A stretch of 32,000 bases of DNA from Candidatus Kuenenia stuttgartensis. Lineage in GTDB: Bacteria; Planctomycetota; Brocadiia; Brocadiales; Brocadiaceae. The DNA lies in the NCBI RefSeq assembly GCF_900232105.1, contig NZ_LT934425.1:1200001-1232000 (forward strand), given 5' to 3'. Below, piece by piece: positions 26,048 to 32,000 of the stretch. How positions within the stretch are numbered: the first letter of the stretch is position 1; every line of letters begins with the position of its first letter. Under the pieces are notes generated by a model, which ran no database searches, was not told where the DNA came from, and worked only from the letters and a program-made list of their open reading frames with translations. A program made the translations under genes and the position numbers.

Positions 26048-29000
26048 TCGCCGTCCGCCCGGATTTGTCAATAGTGAGATGATGATAGGTTGTTCCCTTT
26101 ACCGTTTGCGCAGCGGTCGTGCTGGTGTAGTTAACCGTATTGGAATTGACCGTTGCCGTCAGGGTAGTAATGTCTGAAGTACCGCCAATATTTAAAACAG
26201 CGCCACTGCCCTGGGTAAGCCCGCCAGAACCGCTTAAGGCTGTGTCAACGGTCAGGGTTGTGTTGTTGGTGAGGGTAACTTCTGCAACCGTCACACTGGG
26301 AATTGAAATCGCCGATGTTCCTCTGATTGCTTGGTTGTTTGTGTCAAAGGTATATACTCCCGTTCCGGCGTCAAAGGTCGCGCCGTTATGAATGATCCCT
26401 CCCTGAAAGGTCACCGCCTCATTAGCCGAATTATTCCATGTTCCGCCAGCATCAATTGTGACCAATCCTACAAACATCTTTGTTCCGGTTTTGCGTGTGA
26501 TACCTAATGTGCCTGCAATACTCGTGATGCCATTTGCCGTTAAGGTGTTAGAGCCTGTATTGAACGTTCCTGCCGTTACAGTAAGGACTCCGTTCACTGT
26601 GGTGGTAGCACCCAGAGTTGCTGTATTTGACACCTTGTTAATCGTGAGATGATGATAAGTCGTTCCTTTTACCGTCTGATTGCCAGCGCCATTATAATTA
26701 ACCGTATTGGGATTGGCAGTAGCAGTCAGGGTAGTAATGCCTGAAGAACCGCCGATGTTTAATACGGCGCCGCTGCCCTGTATAAGCTCCCTTCCACTGC
26801 CACTACCACTACTGCTTAAGGCAGTTTCAACCGTTAAAGTTGCATTATTCGTGAGGGTTGCTCCCGAGGCAACGGTTATTGTTGGAATCGAAAAGTCACT
26901 ATCGACAGAATAATCTGTTGTAAAAGTAGCAGCGGTAAGTGATTTCGAGGCCGCCGTGCCGCTGAGTGTGCCGCCGCCTCCTGACTTCTGAAATGTCCAT
27001 GTGCCCTGAGTCCCCGTGATTGACCCTGTTCCGTCTATCTGCAGATTGCCATTCATCGTAACGCCTTCTGTGACGGTGAAATCCATGGCGCCACCGTCAT
27101 TTATTATAATATCGCCAAATGTCTTTGTGTTCGACTTTGAAGTGATGTTTATTGCGCCAGTTACGCTTGTTGTTCCTGTGACGGTTGATGTAACACCTCC
27201 AATACCAAGCGTTCCGGAGGTAATGGTAAGATTGCCGTTTATTGTGATAGTTGCCCCGAACGACGCCGTATTCGAGGCCTTATTAATGGTAAGGTGATTA
27301 AATGTAGTAGTCTTGCTTCCGATTGTTTGATCATTCGTTCCGGTAAATACTACGGTACCGGTGTTTGCCGTAAATGTTCCTGAGCCTGTCCAGTTGCCGT
27401 AAAGCGTTAAAGTACTCGATCCCCCATTCAATGTTCCTGCGGTTAGCACAACATTGCCTGTGATGGTGTGGTTGAATGCAGCGCCAAGATTAAACGTCCC
27501 GCCCGATGCGTTTACGGTAAGATTGCCTGCTATAGTAAGTGTCGAATCAGGTGTTTTTGTCCCTGCGCCTGAGATTGTCAGGTTTTGATAACCCGGTGTT
27601 CCGGATACAGTCTGAGTTATTCCCGATGTATATTCCACCGTTGTTCCGGAGGCGATATTTAATGTATTAAACGATGGAAACGTAGTCCCTACTGTCGCTG
27701 AGCCTAGTTTAACCGTTCCGGATGTGAGGTTAAGAACGCTGGAGCCAGATAGGGTGATTACATAACCTCCATCGCTAAAGACACTATTTGATGTTACGTC
27801 GCCAATCGTAAGCGTGTTAACTGTTATATTGCCCCCAAGGGTGCCCCCGGCGGTATTATTGACCTTCAGCGTTACATATGTTCCTGCATGTATTGCCTGG
27901 GTAGCGGAACCATTATAATTAACCACGTTCCCGCTTGCAGATGCCGTCAGGGTGGTAATGTCTGAAGTACCGCCGATGTTTAAAACAGCGTTGCTTTCCT
28001 GCGTGATCCCTCCCGTGCCGCTCAAGGCCGTGCCAACCATCAGGGTAATGCTGTTGGTAAGGGTAACGCCCGTAACGGTTACTCTGGGGATAGAAATCGC
28101 TGTTGTCCCTCCTATTACCTGGCTGTTAATATCAAAGGTTTGCACTGCCGTTCCAGCGGTAAAGGCAGCGCCGTTATGTGTAATCCCTCCCTGAAAGGTC
28201 ACCGCTTCGTTAGCCGAGTTATTCCAGACACCGCCTGAATTGATCGTAACCATTCCGGTAAACGTCTTTGTTCCGGTTGTGCTCGTGATACCTAATGTTC
28301 CTGTAACACTCGTAATACCGTTTGCAGCTAAGGTATAAGCGCCTGTATTAAGCGTTCCTGCCGTAATGGTAAGGTCTCCATTCACGGTAGTTGTAGCGCC
28401 AAGCGTTGCGGTTTGGCCTGATTTGTTGATAGTTAGATGGTGATAGGTAGTCCCTTTTACTGTTTGTGAAGCCGTTGTACTGGTGTAGTTGACCGTATTG
28501 GGATTGGCAGTCGCAGTCAGGGTGGTAATGGCTGAAGTGCCGCCGATGTTTAAAACAGCGTTGCTTCCCTGGGTAAGCCCACCTGTGCCGCTTAAGGCTG
28601 TGCCAACCGTTAAAATTGTGCTATTAGTGAGGGTGACTCCCGTAACGGTTATACTGGAAATGGAAATTGCCGTTGTCCCTCCGATCTCCTGGCTGTTTGT
28701 TGCAAATGTCTGCACCCCAGTTCCGGCGGTAAAGGTCGCGCCGTTATGGGTGATTCCTCCCCGAAAAGTCACTGCCTCATTCGCTGAGTTGTCCCACGTT
28801 CCACCCGCATCAATTGTAACCAGTCCGACAAAGATCTTTGTCCCTGTATCTGAAGTGATGTTTACCGTTCCGTCAATAGTTGTCGGGCCGGTAACCGTTG
28901 ATGTTACTCCCCCTAAATTAAGCGTACCGGTTCCGTTAACAGAAAGATTTTCTGCAATGGTTAAAGTACCGCTATTTACCGTTGCTGTGCCATCGATGGC

Positions 29001-29826
29001 CAAATTTCCAAAGGTCATGCTGACAGTCGGAGCGATGGTAGTAGTTGAGGCAAGGGTGGTAGTAGCCTTGGACAGGTTAAAAGTGCCTCTCGTATTGGTA
29101 ATATCTCCACCAAAGGAGATTGTTGCCGCGTCGCTGGATGTGAGATCTGAGCCAGCTCCGTTTTTGATATAATCACCAGAGAACGTTAAGGCACCGGTTG
29201 AAACTGTAATGTCGCAATTTCGTTGTTGACTTGTCGCTGCCCCTTGCAGAGTAGTCCCGCCTACGGTAAACGTACCTGTACCCACCGTGAGGGTAATATT
29301 CGTCGTGGCCGCAGTGGGTTGGGCGGTAAAATCGCCGCTGCACGAGAATATTCCTCCATTAAAGGTAATCGTCATATGCGAACCGCTTCTGGCAGGGCTC
29401 AGGTCGGCATTTACACATGAAAGGGTAACGCCGGAGGCAAGATTTATGTTATGCACTCTGGCTGTTGTAGTAATTGTATTGGTAATATCACCCGAAATGG
29501 TCAGGTTTCCATTAATTGTCAGTGTTGATGCAGCGGAATTACCATAGGTAAGTGAAGCGATTGTTGTGGAAGTGGTTATCGTAGGCTGGTTGGTAATAGC
29601 GCCGGTGCCTATCTCGACTGCATCATCTGACGCGGGAGGGAGGCTTGGGGTACCGCTAACGGTAGTCCAGTTTGATGCCGTTTCCCATGCAGAACTTGTG
29701 GCGCCGGACCAGCGAACCGTTCCTGCGGCGAGCGCTTCTGCATCACCGGCAAAGGCCAGTGTGAGTATAAAAAGTGTTAAAATTATAAACTTATTCACGT
29801 AAGTCAGGTCATCTCAAAAACTTTAT

Positions 29827-29853
29827 GTAGAGCGAAGCGCCACTTCGCCCTGC
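29827..29853. repeat. REP-like GTAG hairpin (relative of 13517-13543)
   Basis: GTAGAGCGAAGCGCCACTTCGCCCTGC followed by AATTTTGAAATTACTAAAC. Further hairpins lie at 29879-29912 and around 29970-29985. Confidence 0.65.
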
Positions 29854-30003
29854 AATTTTGAAATTACTAAACATTCCATTCTCGTTTTCAAGCCGGAACT
29901 TGGAAACGAGAATTAAATTAGGTTGGGCTTTTAAAAAACGAAAACCCAACGGCATTCATTTCTACTCACCCCTACCCCTCCCAAGAGGGGAATTTGAAAT
30001 TAC

Positions 30004-31491
30004 TTACCGGTGCGTATTTTTCCCTTCTTTCTTGGAACAATAGAGTGCATTGTCGGCTTTTTTGATTAAATCCTCCATGTCATTGCCGTCTGCCGGATAT
30101 AGACTGATGCCTATGCTGACGGTAATGCCGATTTTGTCATTATTAATCAGGAATTTTTGGGAAAGTAATCCGAGAAGCTTCTTCGCCACATGATTTGCAT
30201 CCTCTCTATGATTAATGTTTGTAAGGATAACCATAAACTCATCTCCCCCAAAGCGGGCAACCGTATCACATTCCCGGACGCATTCCTTCATCCTCACGGC
30301 TGCCTCCTTTAACAGCAAATCTCCCATATGATGCCCGAAGGAATCGTTAACGGCCTTAAAGCCATCCAGGTCAAGCGCCATGACGGCTGCCATCTTCTTA
30401 TTACGTTTTGCCTGAAGGATGGCCATTTCCAGCCGGGCACGAAATAAATTGCGATTGGGGAGGTTGGTAAGGGCATCGTGATATGCCATGTGTTGAATAC
30501 ACGCTTCCGAACGTTTACGTACAATGGCATTGCCTATAATCTCAGAAACAATACGGAGCAGCATTATATCTTGTTCTTTGCAGGAGCAGCCGTTCAAAAT
30601 ATTTTCACAACTAATAAATCCGAATGAATCTTTGTCCGCAAATACCGGAAAGGACAATACGGATTTGACTTCCCGTTTAATCAAAAACTCTTGTTCTGCC
30701 GCTGCTTCTTTTGGCATACGGCACACCTGTGGGATATGAATAACATCGCCCGCACGCAGGTGTTTCATCCACCATGTGAATGCGAAGAAGGAAACGTCCA
30801 TAAATCGACGTCTTTGAGAGGGTATGCCTTCGTTGCACCATTCATAAACATTGTCAGCCATGCCGTTATTCGTACCGGACAGCACAAGGCATACCCTGTC
30901 AACTCCGATCTGCCTGCCAATTTCTCCCTCGCCTATTGTTTGGAGTATTTTTGGAATAGCCTCATCAACAGAAACAGACTCCATCAATATGTTCGACAGT
31001 ATATACAGGATTTCATGCCGCTGTTCATTTTGCTTTTGTATTGTTATATCTTCCTTTATCGCAAAAAAATGTGTTATCATTCCTTCCTCATTCATGAGGG
31101 GAGAAATAGACGCCTTCTCCCAGTAGAAACTGCCGTCTTTTTTCTTATTACAAAACACCCCTTTCCATTTTTTGCCGGAGGTAATTGTTTCCCACAAATG
31201 TTTATACTCTTCGGGAGCAGTCCTGCCGGATTTCAGTATGCGGGGATTTGCCCCTGTAACCTCTTCCCGGGTATAGCCGGTGAGTTCAGTAAATTGCGAA
31301 TTTACATATTCAATAGTTCCCTTTATGTCTGTCACAATTACTGCACATGGGATTTGTTCTATTAACGTGTAAAACATGATACGTTTATCTTTTCTGCCTG
31401 TTACCGCGCTCTGCGTGGCAACAAATTGTTTTGGACGCTCTGAGTCCGGATTATTACTCGAGATACAGGGCATCTGATCCTGCATTCCCAC
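30004..31491 (-). CDS. PAS-GAF-GGDEF diguanylate cyclase
   Basis: PAS: IEQIPCAVIVTDIKGTIEYVNSQFTELTGYTREEV...KKDGSFYWEKASISPL. A GAF-like middle follows. GGDEF domain: DALTNLPNRNLF...LDLDGFKAVNDSFGHHMGD...RFGGDEF, with an RxxD I-site (RECD) 5 residues upstream. The true start may be an internal Met. Confidence 0.85.
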   Translation of the reverse strand: MGMQDQMPCISSNNPDSERPKQFVATQSAVTGRKDKRIMFYTLIEQIPCAVIVTDIKGTIEYVNSQFTELTGYTREEVTGANPRILKSGRTAPEEYKHLWETITSGKKWKGVFCNKKKDGSFYWEKASISPLMNEEGMITHFFAIKEDITIQKQNEQRHEILYILSNILMESVSVDEAIPKILQTIGEGEIGRQIGVDRVCLVLSGTNNGMADNVYEWCNEGIPSQRRRFMDVSFFAFTWWMKHLRAGDVIHIPQVCRMPKEAAAEQEFLIKREVKSVLSFPVFADKDSFGFISCENILNGCSCKEQDIMLLRIVSEIIGNAIVRKRSEACIQHMAYHDALTNLPNRNLFRARLEMAILQAKRNKKMAAVMALDLDGFKAVNDSFGHHMGDLLLKEAAVRMKECVRECDTVARFGGDEFMVILTNINHREDANHVAKKLLGLLSQKFLINNDKIGITVSIGISLYPADGNDMEDLIKKADNALYCSKKEGKNTHR

Positions 31492-31808
31492 GCGAGAGCG
31501 CTGGAACGGGAAAAAACATTACACACTCTTTCGCATTGCTTGTTTTTCGTTGGGCAATGCCCATCCTACTTAACTCACTTTGTTCTGAATGATAAGAAAG
31601 ACGTTGGGTTTTGCCTTTACAACAGACATGCTGGTTACTATTGAGGCGTGTAATCTGAAGGTGGTTACGATAGAGATATGTGCGGAGTGTGAACTTGCCG
31701 AGACGAAGCGTAAAGTTTGTATTGGCTTTCGCTACTGTGATTTGTCCGAACCTAAGAATCTGTGTGCATTCAAATAAATCAAAGGCGGAAAGCGATAGCT
31801 CTGTGCTG

Positions 31809-31837
31809 TATACGGCTGCGCTTCGCGCAGCCGTATA
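31809..31837. repeat. Perfect 13-bp-stem hairpin
   Basis: TATACGGCTGCGC-TTC-GCGCAGCCGTATA. The right arm runs straight into the tandem array. Confidence 0.8.
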
Positions 31838-31913
31838 ACCATAGCCGTATAACCATAGCCGTATAACCATAGCCGTATAACCATAGCCGTATAACCATAG
31901 CCGTATAACCATA
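31831..31913. repeat. 14-bp tandem repeat (CCGTATAACCATAG), 5 perfect units plus 1 partial
   Basis: Units start at 31831, 31845, 31859, 31873, 31887 and 31901. This produces the artefactual 14-aa-periodic ORFs YGYTAMVIRLWL... Confidence 0.9.
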
Positions 31914-32000
31914 ATAGTCATGTAAGAATAAAGCACAGTAATGTCTAAAATCAAAAAAAATCTTACTGTCGAAGGCTGAATAATTCAGCACTTATCGGTA

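Larger units (their letters stand above)
20211..29798 (-). pseudogene. Giant secreted repeat protein, N-terminal 3196 codons (beta-helix-like repeats, invasin-type Big and SbsA/Big_5-type Ig domains)
   Basis: GTG start at 29798. Signal peptide MNKFIILTLFILTLAFAGDAEA. About 2000 aa of Gly/Thr/Asn-rich repeats of 170-190 aa follow (..NSANEAVTF.GGITHNGA.FTAGTG..). Next come three Big-like units (..VVFVQQPSDATAGATISPAVTVQLQD..), and last ~106-aa units (DTTAPVVSST.P.NG...V..ITA.F.E.M..S...FT......G.V.....ATFTP...L...T.YTA.IT.G.KDLAGN.M...Y.WSFTT). The track ORF runs on 23 codons into the IS, to 20139. Confidence 0.85.

Noticed and set aside
20464-29802. About 25 plus-strand ORFs (60-227 aa) listed in the track across the giant gene
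   Set aside because: All are antisense to one uninterrupted 9.6-kb ORF with clear domain periodicity. Their Val/Pro/Ala-rich translations are the mirror of the Thr/Gly/Asn-rich coding strand, and none has a convincing SD.
31831-31913. Possible CRISPR array
   Set aside because: The units are contiguous 14-mers with no spacers, and there are no cas genes.
31454-31991. Minus-strand ORFs of 166 and 70 aa with the periodic sequence YGYTAMVIRLWLYG
   Set aside because: The periodicity is the three-frame read-through of a 14-bp DNA tandem repeat, and the rest of the ORF has no recognisable features. I treat this as non-coding.

Overview
IS-dense accessory region, roughly 40% GC, with several insertions visibly GC-richer than their surroundings. 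All family names come from motifs read in the translations; no database search was possible. The window holds many mobile elements or remnants, several nested or sitting inside genes. (1) 1-398: a truncated IS1634-like transposase fragment. (2) ~400-3960: a Tn552/Tn5053/Mu-like module on the minus strand, with a Zn-ribbon protein, a frameshifted DDE transposase, an AAA+ TniB/ExeA-like ATPase and a CHC2 zinc-finger protein. (3) ~4050-5348: an IS1380-family transposase with a degenerate 5' end. (4) 6295-7678 and 15025-16408: two apparently identical 1384-bp IS4-family copies in inverted orientation. The first splits a rubredoxin-MBL-like gene with an 11-bp target duplication. (5) 8643-10342: a 1.7-kb insertion with one ORF and no target duplication. 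It cleanly splits the higB toxin of a higBA module and encodes a 518-aa protein I cannot assign to any transposase family. This is my best candidate for something new. (6) 18152-20210: a 2059-bp IS1634-family element with a 6-bp duplication that interrupts a giant secreted repeat/Ig-domain protein; the gene rebuilds to about 3690 aa. The window also holds a RAYT-like transposase remnant, GTAG-type hairpin (REP-like) repeats in most intergenic spaces, and two copies of a TIR-bounded miniature element. Chromosomal genes are a minus-strand cluster of small envelope proteins (a DUF3047-like secreted protein, a 61-aa lipoprotein, two tandem paralogues built from 81-aa modules, and a 52-aa DUF3309-like membrane peptide) and a PAS-GAF-GGDEF diguanylate cyclase preceded by a hairpin plus a 14-bp tandem repeat. 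No rRNA, tRNA or CRISPR array was seen.
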